From assembly GCA_964057225.1 (NCBI GenBank), contig CAXKVF010000094.1, forward strand, positions 74,453 through 138,452: a stretch of 64,000 bases of DNA, given 5' to 3'. This DNA comes from Auanema rhodensis (Eukaryota > Animalia > Nematoda). Numbering within the stretch: position 1 is the stretch's first letter; each line of letters opens with the position of its first letter. The notes under the pieces were generated by a model. It was not told the DNA's origin. It searched no databases and worked only from the letters and a program-made list of their open reading frames with translations. The position numbers were made by a program, and so were the translations under genes. Below are positions 1 through 12,796 of the stretch, one piece after another.

Positions 1-3000
1 CTAATATGGACATGGGGAATCTAATTTTGAAAACCGCATCTCTTTATCTTTCACGTGAAGCGAGTTACATACCAAGTGCACATCACGTGTACATTTAATT
101 AGCATAAATTAAAGTTCACGTAAATTTCAAAGTCATGGTTACCATGCACCAATATCAATAAAAATTTGTTTTTAGACTAATATGGACATGGGGAATCTAA
201 TTTTGAAAACCGCATCTCTTTATCTTTCACGTGAAGCGAGTTACATACCAAGTGCACATCACGTGTACATTTAATTAGCATAAATTAAAGTTCACGTAAA
301 TTTCAAAGTCATGGTTACCATGAAGCAATATCAATAAAAATTTGTTTTTAGACTAATATGGACATGGGGAATCTAATTTTGAAAACCGCATCTCTTTATC
401 TTTCACGTGAAGCGAGTTACATACCAAGTGCACATCACGTGTACATTAAATTAGCATAAATTAAAGTTCACGTAAATTTCAAAGTCATGGTTACCATGCA
501 CCAATATCAATAAAAATTTGTTTTTAGACTAATATGGACATGGGGGATCTAATTTTGAAAACCGCATCTCTTTATCTTTTACGTGAAGCGAGTTACATAC
601 CAAGTGCACATCACGTGTACATTTAATTAGCATAAATTAAAGTTCACGTAAATTTCAAAGTCATGGTTACCATGAACCAATATCAATAAAAATTTGTTTT
701 TAGACTAATATGGACATGGGGAATCTAATTTTGAAAACCGCATCTCTTTATCTTTCACGTGAAGCGAGTTACATACCAAGTGCACATCACGTGTACATTT
801 AATTAGCATAAATTAAAGTTCACGTAAATTTCAAAGTCATGGTTACCATGCACCAATATCAATAAAAATTTGTTTTTAGACTAATATGGACATGGGGAAT
901 CTAATTTTGTAAACCGCATCTCTTTATCTTTCACGTGAAGCGAGTTACATACCAAGTGCACATCACGTGTACATTTAATTAGCATAAATTAAAGTTCACG
1001 TAAATTTCAAAGTCATGGTTACCATGCACCAATATCAATAAAAATTGGTTTTTAGACTAATATGGACATGGGGAATCTAATTTTGAAAACCGCATCTCTT
1101 TATCTTTCACGTGAAGCGAGTTACATACCAAGTGCACATCACGTGTACATTTAATTAGCATAAATTAAAGTTCACGTAAATTTCAAAGTCATGGTTACCA
1201 TGCACCAATATCAATAAAAATTTGTTTTTAGACTAATATGGACATGGGGAATCTAATTTTGAAAACCGCATCTCTTTATCTTTCACGTGAAGCGAGTTAC
1301 ATACCAAGTGCACATCACGTGTACATTTAATTAGCATAAATTAAAGTTCACGTAAATTTCAAAGTCATGGTTACCATGAACCAATATCAATAAAAATTTG
1401 TTTTTAGACTAATATGGACATGGGGAATCTAATTTTGAAAACCGCATCTCTTTATCTTTCACGTGAAGCGAGTTACATACCAAGTGCACATCACGTGTAC
1501 ATTTAATTAGCATAAATTAAAGTTCACGAAAATTTCAAAGTCGTGGTTACCATGCACCAATATCAATAAAAATTCGTTTTTAGACTAATATGGACATGGG
1601 GAATCTAATTTTGAAAACCGCATCTCTTTATCTTTCACGTGAAGCGAGTTACATACCAAGTGCACATCACGTGTACATTTAATTAGCATAAATTAAAGTT
1701 CACGTAAATTTCAAAGTCATGGTTACCATGAACCAATATCAATTAAAATTTGTTTTTAGACTAATATGGACATGGGCAATCTAATTTTGAAAACCGCATC
1801 TCTTTATCTTTCACGTGAAGCGAGTTACATACCAAGTGCACATCACGTGTACATTTAATTAGCATAAATTAAAGTTCACGTAAATTTCAAAGTCATGGTT
1901 ACCATGCACCAATATCAATAAAAATTTGTTTTTAGACTAATATGGACATGGGGAATCTAATTTTGAAAACCGCATCTCTTTATCTTTCACGTGAAGCGAG
2001 TTACATTCCAAGTGCACATCACGTGTACATTTAATTAGCATACATTAAAGTTCACGTAAATTTCAAAGTCATGGTTACCATGCACCAATATCAATAAAAA
2101 TTTGTTTTTAGACTAATATGGACATGGGGAATCTAATTTTGAAAACCGCATCTCTTCATCTTTCACGTGAAGCGAGTTACATACCAAGTGCACATCACGT
2201 GTACATTTAATTAGCATAAATTAAAGTTCACGTAAATTTCAAAGTCATGGTTACCATGCACCAATATCAATAAAAATTTGTTTTTAGACTAATATGGACA
2301 TGGGGAATCTAATTTTAAAAACCGCATCTCTTTATCTTTCACGTGAAGCGAGTTACATACCAAGTGCACATCACGTGTACATTTAATTAGCATAAATTAA
2401 AGTTCACGTAAATTTCAAAGTCATGGTTACCATGAACCAATATCAATAAAAATTTGTTTTTAGACTAATATGGACATGGGGAATCTAATTTTGAAAACCG
2501 CATATCTTTATCTTTCACGTGAAGCGAGTTACATACCAAGTGCACATCACGTGTACATTTAATTAGCATAAATTAAAGTTCACGTAAATTTCAAAGTCAT
2601 GGTTACCATGAACCAATATCAATTAAAATTTGTTTTTAGACTAATATGGACATGGGCAATCTAATTTTGAAAACCGCATCTCTTTATCTTTCACGTGAAG
2701 CGAGTTACATACCAAGTGCACATCACGTGTACATTTAATTAGCATAAATTAAAGTTCACGTAAATTTCAAAGTCATGGTTACCATGCACCAATATCAATA
2801 AAAATTTGTTTTTAGACTAATATGGACATGGGGAATCTAATTTTGAAAACCGCATATCTTTATCTTTCACGTGAAGCGAGTTACATACCAAGTGCACATC
2901 ACGTGTACATTTAATTAGCATAAAATAAAGTTCACGTAAATTTCAAAGTCATGGTTACCATGAACCAATATCAATTAAAATTTGTTTTTAGACTAATATG

Positions 3001-6000
3001 GACATGGGCAATCTAATTTTGAAAACCGCATCTCTTTATCTTTCACGTGAAGCGAGTTACATACCAAGTGCACATCACGTGTACATTTAATTAGCATAAA
3101 TTAAAGTTCACGTAAATTTCAAAGTCATGGTTACCATGCACCAATATCAATAAAAATTTGTTTTTAGACTAATATGGACATGGGGAATCTAATTTTGAAA
3201 ACCGCATCTCTTTATCTTTCACGTGAAGCGAGTTACATTCCAAGTGCACATCACGTGTACATTTAATTAGCATACATTAAAGTTCACGTAAATTTCAAAG
3301 TCATGGTTACCATGCACCAATATCAATAAAAATTTGTTTTTAGACTAATATGGACATGGGGAATCTAATTTTGAAAACCGCATCTCTTCATCTTTCACGT
3401 GAAGCGAGTTACATACCAAGTGCACATCACGTGTACATTTAATTAGCATAAATTAAAGTTCACGTAAATTTCAAAGTCATGGTTACCATGCACCAATATC
3501 AATAAAAATTTGTTTTTAGACTAATATGGACATGGGGAATCTAATTTTGAAAACCGCATCTCTTTATCTTTCACGTGAAGCGAGTTACATACCAAGTGCA
3601 CATCACGTGTACATTTAATTAGCATAAATTAAAGTTCACGTAAATTTCAAAGTCATGGTTACCATGAACCAATATCAATAAAAATTTGTTTTTAGACTAA
3701 TATGGACATGGGGAATCTAATTTTGAAAACCGCATATCTTTATCTTTCACGTGAAGCGAGTTACATACCAAGTGCACATCACGTGTACATTTAATTAGCA
3801 TAAATTAAAGTTCACGTAAATTTCAAAGTCGTGGTTACCATGCACCAATATCAATAAAAATTCGTTTTTAGACTAATATGGACATGGGGAATCTAATTTT
3901 GAAAACCGCATCTCTTTATCTTTCACGTGAAGCGAGTTACATACCAAGTGCACATCACGTGTACATTTAATTAGCATAAATTAAAGTTCACGTAAATTTC
4001 AAAGTCATGGTTACCATGCACCAATATCAATAAAAATTTGTTTTTAGACTAATATGGACATGGGGAATCTAATTTTGAAAACCGCATCTCTTTATCTTTC
4101 ACGTGAAGCGAGTTACATACCAAGTGCACATCACGTGTACATTTAATTAGCATAAATTAAAGTTCACGTAAATTTCAAAGTCATGGTTACCATGAACCAA
4201 TATCAATAAAAATTTGTTTTTAGACTAATATGGACATGGGGAATCTAATTTTGAAAACCGCATCTCTTTATCTTTCACGTGAAGCGAGTTACATACCAAG
4301 TGCACATCACGTGTACATTTAATTAGCATAAATTAAAGTTCACGTAAATTTCAAAGTCGTGGTTACCATGCACCAATATCAATAAAAATTCGTTTTTAGA
4401 CTAATATGGACATGGGGAATCTAATTTTGAAAACCGCATCTCTTTATCTTTCACGTGAAGCGAGTTACATACCAAGTGCACATCACGTCTAAATTTAATT
4501 AGCATAAATTAAAGTTCACGAAAATTTCAAAGTCATGGTTACCATGAACCAATATCAATAAAAATTTGTTTTTAGACTAATATGGACATGGGCAATCTAA
4601 TTTTGAAAACCGCATCTCTTTATCTTTCACGTGAAGCGAGTTACATACCAAGTGCACATCACGTGTACATTTAATTAGCATAAATTAAAGTTCACGTAAA
4701 TTTCAAAGTCATGGTTACCATGCACCAATATCAATAAAAATTTGTTTTTAGACTAATATGGACATGGGGAATCTAATTTTGAAAACCGCATCTCTTCATC
4801 TTTCACGTGAAGCGAGTTACATACCAAGTGCACATCACGTGTACATTTAATTAGCATTAATTAAAGTTCACGTAAATTTCAAAGTCATGGTTACCATGAA
4901 CCAATATCAATAAAAATTTGTTTTTAGACTAATATGGACATGGGGAATCTAATTTTAAAAACCGCATCTCTTTATCTTTCACGTGAAGCGAGTTACATAC
5001 CAAGTGCACATCACGTGTACATTTAATTAGCATAAATTAAAGTTCACGTAAATTTCAAAGTCATGGTTACCATGCACCAATATCAATAAAAATTTGTTTT
5101 TAGACTAATATGGACATGGGGAATCTAATTTTGAAAACCGCATCTCTTCATATTTCACGTGAAGCGAGTTACATACCAAGTGCACATCACGTCTAAATTT
5201 AATTAGCATAAATTAAAGTTCACGAAAATTTCAAAGTCATGGTTACCATGAACCAATATCAATAAAAATTTGTTTTTAGACTAATATGGACATGGGCAAT
5301 CTAATTTTGAAAACCGCATCTCTTTATCTTTCACGTGAAGCGAGTTACATACCAAGTGCACATCACGTGTACATTTAATTAGCATAAATTAAAGTTCACG
5401 TAAATTTCAAAGTCATGGTTACCATGCACCAATATCAATAAAAATTTGTTTTTAGACTAATATGGACATGGGGAATCTAATTTTGAAAACCGCATCTCTT
5501 CATCTTTCACGTGAAGCGAGTTACATACCAAGTGCACATCACGTGTACATTTAATTAGCATAAATTAAAGTTCACGTAAATTTCAAAGTCATGGTTACCA
5601 TGAACCAATATCAATAAAAATTTGTTTTTAGACTAATATGGACATGGGGAATCTAATTTTAAAAACCGCATCTCTTTATCTTTCACGTGAAGCGAGTTAC
5701 ATACCAAGTGCACATCACGTGTACATTTAATTAGCATAAATTAAAGTTCACGTAAAATTCAAAGTCATGGTTACCATGCACCAATATCAATAAAAATTTG
5801 TTTTTAGACTAATATGGACATGGGGAATCTAATTTTGAAAACCGCATCTCTTTATCTTTCACGTGAAGCGAGTTACATACCAAGTGCACATCACGTGTAC
5901 ATTTAATTAGCATAAATTAAAGTTCACGTAAATTTCAAAGTCATGGTTACCATGCACCAATATCAATAAAAATTTGTTTTTAGACTAATATGGACATGGG

Positions 6001-9000
6001 GAATCTAATTTTGAAAACCGCATCTCTTTATCTTTCACGTGAAGCGAGTTACATACCAAGTGCACATCACGTGTACATTTAATTAGCATAAATTAAAGTT
6101 CACGTAAATTTCAAAGTCATGGTTACCATGAAGCAATATCAATAAAAATTTGTTTTTAGACTAATATGGACATGGGGAATCTAATTTTGAAAACCGCATC
6201 TCTTTATCTTTCACGTGAAGCGAGTTACATACCAAGTGCACATCACGTGTACATTTAATTAGCATAAATTAAAGTTCACGTAAATTTCAAAGTCATGGTT
6301 ACCATGAACCAATATCAATAAAAATTTGTTTTTAGACTAATATGGACATGGGGAATCTAATTTTGAAAACCGCATCTCTTTATCTTTCACGTGAAGCGAG
6401 TTACATACCAAGTGCACATCACGTGTACATTTAATTAGCATAAATTAAAGTTCACGTAAATTTCAAAGTCATGGTTACCATGCACCAATATCAATAAAAA
6501 TTTGTTTTTAGACTAATATGGACATGGGGAATCTAATTTTGAAAACCGCATCTCTTTATCTTTCACGTGAAGCGAGTTACATACCAAGTGCACATCACGT
6601 GTACATTTAATTAGCATAAATTAAAGTTCACGTAAATTTCAAAGTCATGGTTACCATGCACCAATATCAATAAAAATTTGTTTTTAGACTAATATGGACA
6701 TGGGGAATCTAATTTTGAAAACCGCATCTCTTTATCTTTCACGTGAAGCGAGTTACATACCAAGTGCACATCACGTGTACATTTAATTAGCATAAATTAA
6801 AGTTCACGTAAATTTCAAAGTCATGGTTACCACGAAGCAATATCAATAAAAATTTGTTTTTAGACTAATATGGACATGGGGAATCTAATTTTGAAAACCG
6901 CATCTCTTTATCTTTTACGTGAAGCGAGTTACATACCAAGTGCACATCACGTGTACATTTAATTAGCATAAATTAAAGTTCACGTAAATTTCAAAGTCAT
7001 GGTTACCATGCACCAATATCAATAAAAATTTGTTTTTAGACTAATATGGACATGGGGAATCTAATTTTGAAAACCGCATCTCTTTATCTTTCACGTGAAG
7101 CGAGTTACATACCAAGTGCACATCACGTGTACATTTAATTAGCATAAATTAAAGTTCACGTAAATTTCAAAGTCATGGTTACCATGAACCAATATCAATA
7201 AAAATTTGTTTTTAGACTAATATGGACATGGGGAATCTAATTTTGAAAACCGCATCTCTTTATCTTTCACGTGAAGCGAGTTACATACCAAGTGCACATC
7301 ACGTGTACATTTAATTAGCATAAATTAAAGTTCACGTAAAATTCAAAGTCATGGTTACCATGCACCAATATCAATAAAAATTTGTTTTTAGACTAACATG
7401 GACATGGGGAATCTAATTTTGAAAACCGCATCTCTTTATCTTTTACGTGAAGCGAGTTACATACCAAGTGCACATCACGTGTACATTTAATTAGCATAAA
7501 TTAAAGTTCACGTAAATTTCAAAGTCATGGTTACCATGAACCAATATCAATAAAAATTTGTTTTTAGACTAATATGGACATGGGGAATCTAATTTTGAAA
7601 ACCGCATCTCTTTATCTTTCACGTGAAGCGAGTTACATACCAAGTGCACATCACGTGTACATTTAATTAGCATAAATTAAAGTTCACGTAAATTTCAAAG
7701 TCATGGTTACCATGAACCAATATCAATAAAAATTTGTTTTTAGACTAATATGGACATGGGGAATCTAATTTTGAAAACCGCATCTCTTTATCTTTCACGT
7801 GAAGCGAGTTACATACCAAGTGCACATCACGTGTACATTTAATTAGCATAAATTAAAGTTCACGTAAATTTCAAAGTCATGGTTACCATGAAGCAATATC
7901 AATAAAAATTTGTTTTTAGACTAATATGGACATGTGGAATCTAATTTTGAAAACCGCATCTCTTTATCTTTCACGTGAAGCGAGTTACATACCAAGTGCA
8001 CATCACGTGTACATTTAATTAGCATAAATTAAAGTTCACGTAAAATTCAAAGTCATGGTTACCATGAACCAATATCAATAAAAATTTGTTTTTAGACTAA
8101 TATGGACATGGGGAATCTAATTTTGAAAACCGCATCTCTTTATCTTTCACGTGAAGCGAGTTACATACCAAGTGCACATCACGTGTACATTTAATTAGCA
8201 TAAATTAAAGTTCACGTAAATTTCAAAGTCATGGTTACCATGAACCAATATCAATAAAAATTTGTTTTTAGACTAATATGGACATGGGGAATCTAATTTT
8301 GAAAACCGCATCTCTTTATCTTTCACGTGAAGCGAGTTACATACCAAGTGCACATCACGTGTACATTTAATTAGCATAAATTAAAGTTCACGTAAATTTC
8401 AAAGTCATGGTTACCATGAACCAATATCAATAAAAATTTGTTTTTAGACTAATATGGACATGGGGAATCTAATTTTGAAAACCGCATCTCTTTATCTTTC
8501 ACGTGAAGCGAGTTACATACCAAGTGCACATCACGTGTACATTTAATTAGCATAAATTAAAGTTCACGTAAATTTCAAAGTCATGGTTACCATGAACCAA
8601 TATCAATAAAAATTTGTTTTTAGACTAATATGGACATGGGGAATCTAATTTTGAAAACCGCATCTCTTTATCTTTCACGTGAAGCGAGTTACATACCAAG
8701 TGCACATCACGTGTACATTTAATTAGCATAAATTAAAGTTCACGTAAATTTCAAAGTCATGGTTACCATGCACCAATATCAATAAAAATTTGTTTTTAGA
8801 CTAATATGGACATGGGGAATCTAATTTTGAAAACCGCATCTCTTTATCTTTCACGTGAAGCGAGTTACATACCAAGTGCACATCACGTGTACATTTAATT
8901 AGCATAAATTAAAGTTCACGTAAATTTCAAAGTCATGGTTACCATGAAGCAATATCAATAAAAATTTGTTTTTAGACTAATATGGAAATGGGGAATCTAA

Positions 9001-12000
9001 TTTTGAAAACCGCATCTCTTTATCTTTCACGTGAAGCGAGTTACATACCAAGTGCACATCACGTGTACATTTAATTAGCATAAATTAAAGTTCACGTAAA
9101 TTTCAAAGTCATGGTTACCATGAACCAATATCAATAAAAATTTGTTTTTAGACTAATATGGACATGGGGAATCTAATTTTGAAAACCGCATCTCTTTATC
9201 TTTCACGTGAAGCGAGTTACATACCAAGTGCACATCACGTGTACATTTAATTAGCATAAATTAAAGTTCACTTAAATTTCAAAGTCATGGTTACCATGAA
9301 CCAATATCAATAAAAATTTGTTTTTAGACTAATATGGACATGGGGAATCTAATTTTGGAAACCGCATCTCTTTATCTTTCACGTGAAGCGAGTTACATAC
9401 CAAGTGCACATCACGTGTACATTTAATTAGCATAAATTAAAGTTCACGTAAATTTCAAAGTCATGGTTACCATGCACCAATATCAATAAAAATTTGTTTT
9501 TAGACTAATATGGACATGGGGAATCTAATTTTGAAAACCGCATCTCTTTATCTTTCACGTGAAGCGAGTTACATACCAAGTGCACATCACGTGTACATTT
9601 AATTAGCATAAATTAAAGTTCACGTAAATTTCAAAGTCATGGTTACCATGCACCAATATCAATAAAAATTTGTTTTTAGACTAATATGGACATGGGGAAT
9701 CTAATTTTGAAAACCGCATCTCTTTATCTTTCACGTGAAGCGAGTTACATACCAAGTGCACATCACGTGTACATTTAATTAGCATAAATTAAAGTTCACG
9801 TAAATTTCAAAGTCATGGTTACCATGCACCAATATCAATAAAAATTTGTTTTTAGACTAATATGGACATGGGGAATCTAATTTTGAAAACCGCATCTCTT
9901 TATCTTTCACGTGAAGCGAGTTACATACCAAGTGCACATCACGTGTACATTTAATTAGCATAAATTAAAGTTCACGTAAATTTCAAAGTCATGGTTACCA
10001 TGAAGCAATATCAATAAAAATTTGTTTTTAGACTAATATGGACATGGGGAATCTAATTTTGAAAACCGCATCTCTTTATCTTTTACGTGAAGCGAGTTAC
10101 ATACCAAGTGCACATCACGTGTACATTTAATTAGCATAAATTAAAGTTCACGTAAATTTCAAAGTCATGGTTACCATGCACCAATATCAATAAAAATTTG
10201 TTTTTAGACTAATATGGACATGGGGAATCTAATTTTGAAAACCGCATCTCTTTATCTTTCACGTGAAGCGAGTTACATACCAAGTGCACATCACGTGTAC
10301 ATTTAATTAGCATAAATTAAAGTTCACGTAAATTTCAAAGTCATGGTTACCATGCACCAATATCAATAAAAATTTGTTTTTAGACTAATATGGACATGGG
10401 GAATCTAATTTTGAAAACCGCATCTCTTTATCTTTTACGTGAAGCGAGTTACATACCAAGTGCACATCACGTGTACATTTAATTAGCATAAATTAAAGTT
10501 CACGTAAATTTCAAAGTCATGGTTACCATGAACCAATATCAATAAAAATTTGTTTTTAGACTAATATGGACATGGGGAATCTAATTTTGAAAACCGCATC
10601 TCTTTATCTTTCACGTGAAGCGAGTTACATACCAAGTGCACATCACGTGTACATTTAATTAGCATAAATTAAAGTTCACGTAAATTTCAAAGTCATGGTT
10701 ACCATGCACCAATATCAATAAAAATTTGTTTTTAGACTAATATGGACATGGGGAATCTAATTTTGAAAACCGCATCTCTTTATCTTTTACGTGAAGCGAG
10801 TTACATACCAAGTGCACATCACGTGTACATTTAATTAGCATAAATTAAAGTTCACGTAAATTTCAAAGTCATGGTTACCATGAACCAATATCAATAAAAA
10901 TTTGTTTTTAGACTAATATGGACATGGGGAATCTAATTTTGAAAACCGCATCTCTTTATCTTTCACGTGAAGCGAGTTACATACCAAGTGCACATCACGT
11001 GTACATTTAATTAGCATAAATTAAAGTTCACGTAAATTTCAAAGTCATGGTTACCATGCACCAATATCAATAAAAATTTGTTTTTAGACTAATATGGACA
11101 TGGGGAATCTAATTTTGAAAACCGCATCTCTTTATCTTTTACGTGAAGCGAGTTACATACCAAGTGCACATCACGTGTACATTTAATTAGCATAAATTAA
11201 AGTTCACGTAAATTTCAAAGTCATGGTTACCATGAACCAATATCAATAAAAATTTGTTTTTAGACTAATATGGACATGGGGAATCTAATTTTGAAAACCG
11301 CATCTCTTTATCTTTCACGTGAAGCGAGTTACATACCAAGTGCACATCACGTGTACATTTAATTAGCATAAATTAAAGTTCACGTAAATTTCAAAGTCAT
11401 GGTTACCATGCACCAATATCAATAAAAATTTGTTTTTAGACTAATATGGACATGGGGAATCTAATTTTGAAAACCGCATCTCTTTATCTTTTACGTGAAG
11501 CGAGTTACATACCAAGTGCACATCACGTGTACATTTAATTAGCATAAATTAAAGTTCACGTAAATTTCAAAGTCATGGTTACCATGCACCAATATCAATA
11601 AAAATTTGTTTTTAGACTAATATGGACATGGGGAATCTAATTTTGAAAACCGCATCTCTTTATCTTTCACGTGAAGCGAGTTACATACCAAGTGCACATC
11701 ACGTGTACATTTAATTAGCATAAATTAAAGTTCACGTAAATTTCAAAGTCATGGTTACCATGAAGCAATATCAATAAAAATTTGTTTTTAGACTAATATG
11801 GACATGTGGAATCTAATTTTGAAAACCGCATCTCTTCATCTTTCACGTGAAGCGAGTTACATACCAAGTGCACATCACGTGTACATTTAATTAGCATAAA
11901 TTAAAGTTCACGTAAAATTCAAAGTCATGGTTACCATGAACCAATATCAATAAAAATTTGTTTTTAGACTAATATGGACATGGGGAATCTAATTTTGAAA

Positions 12001-12255
12001 ACCGCATCTCTTTATCTTTCACGTGAAGCGAGTTACATACCAAGTGCACATCACGTGTACATTTAATTAGCATAAATTAAAGTTCACGTAAATTTCAAAG
12101 TCATGGTTACCATGAAGCAATATCAATAAAAATTTGTTTTTAGACTAATATGGACATGGGGAATCTAATTTTGAAAACCGCATCTCTTTATCTTTTACGT
12201 GAAGCGAGTTACATACCAAGTGCACATCACGTGTACATTTAATTAGCATAAATTA
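1..12255. repeat. 176-bp satellite array, block 1 (~70 monomers; continues beyond window start)
   Basis: CTAATATGGACATGGGGAATC recurs at 1, 177, 353 ... 881 (period 176); monomers differ by only a few substitutions. Confidence 0.99.
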
Positions 12256-12292
12256 GTCAAGGTTTATTGTTCTTTATCACAGGTTATAACAA
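12256..12292 (-). promoter_or_regulatory. 3'-terminal hairpin plus AATAAA of element A (candidate RT recognition signal)
   Basis: Sense sequence TTGTTATA-ACC-TGTGATAA-AGAACAATAAACCTTGAC; shares TTATAACCTGTGAT..GAACAATAAACC with the element B end. Confidence 0.65.
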
Positions 12293-12493
12293 TAGCAGTT
12301 TTGAAAAAAGAAAGTGGATAAAAGAAGTTCCTTACAATATGAACATGATTATATAAATTGATTGACATGAAAACATTAATTGTATAGAGATAAGAATAAT
12401 TATTGAATCAATTATGTCAGTAGAAAATATATATTCTAAACAAGTAAATCTATGTGTCATAGTTGTCAACCCATCCTTGATAAACAAGGGATT

Positions 12494-12644
12494 TGTTCAG
12501 TTCAAAAAATATGACCTGACCTCATTTTTACTTTTACCAGGTGCGGTGGAACTTAGAGAAAAAGTCGAGCCCGTTCTGGTAATCAGAGGTAACTATCACC
12601 AGATTCGTATGGCTAATGCCTATAGAGTCCATGGTGCAGTAACA
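12494..12644 (-). ncRNA. Conserved structured cis-RNA (four-way junction) in element A 3' UTR
   Basis: Conserved blocks and compensatory base pairs relative to 41140-41283. Confidence 0.7.
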
Positions 12645-12796
12645 TTGTAGCAAAGGGAACAAGGATGTGGTTGAAAACAAAAAATGATACATGAAGAACA
12701 TAGTTTGCATAGATATTTGTAGAAGACATATTGAAATAATAATTAGAGAACAAAATATCATAAGCAGACGAAAAACATTAATAATGAAAGTGCAAG

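Noticed and set aside
12414-12761. Short ORFs in the element A 3' UTR
   Set aside because: No matching ORF in element B; conservation there follows base-pairing rather than codons.
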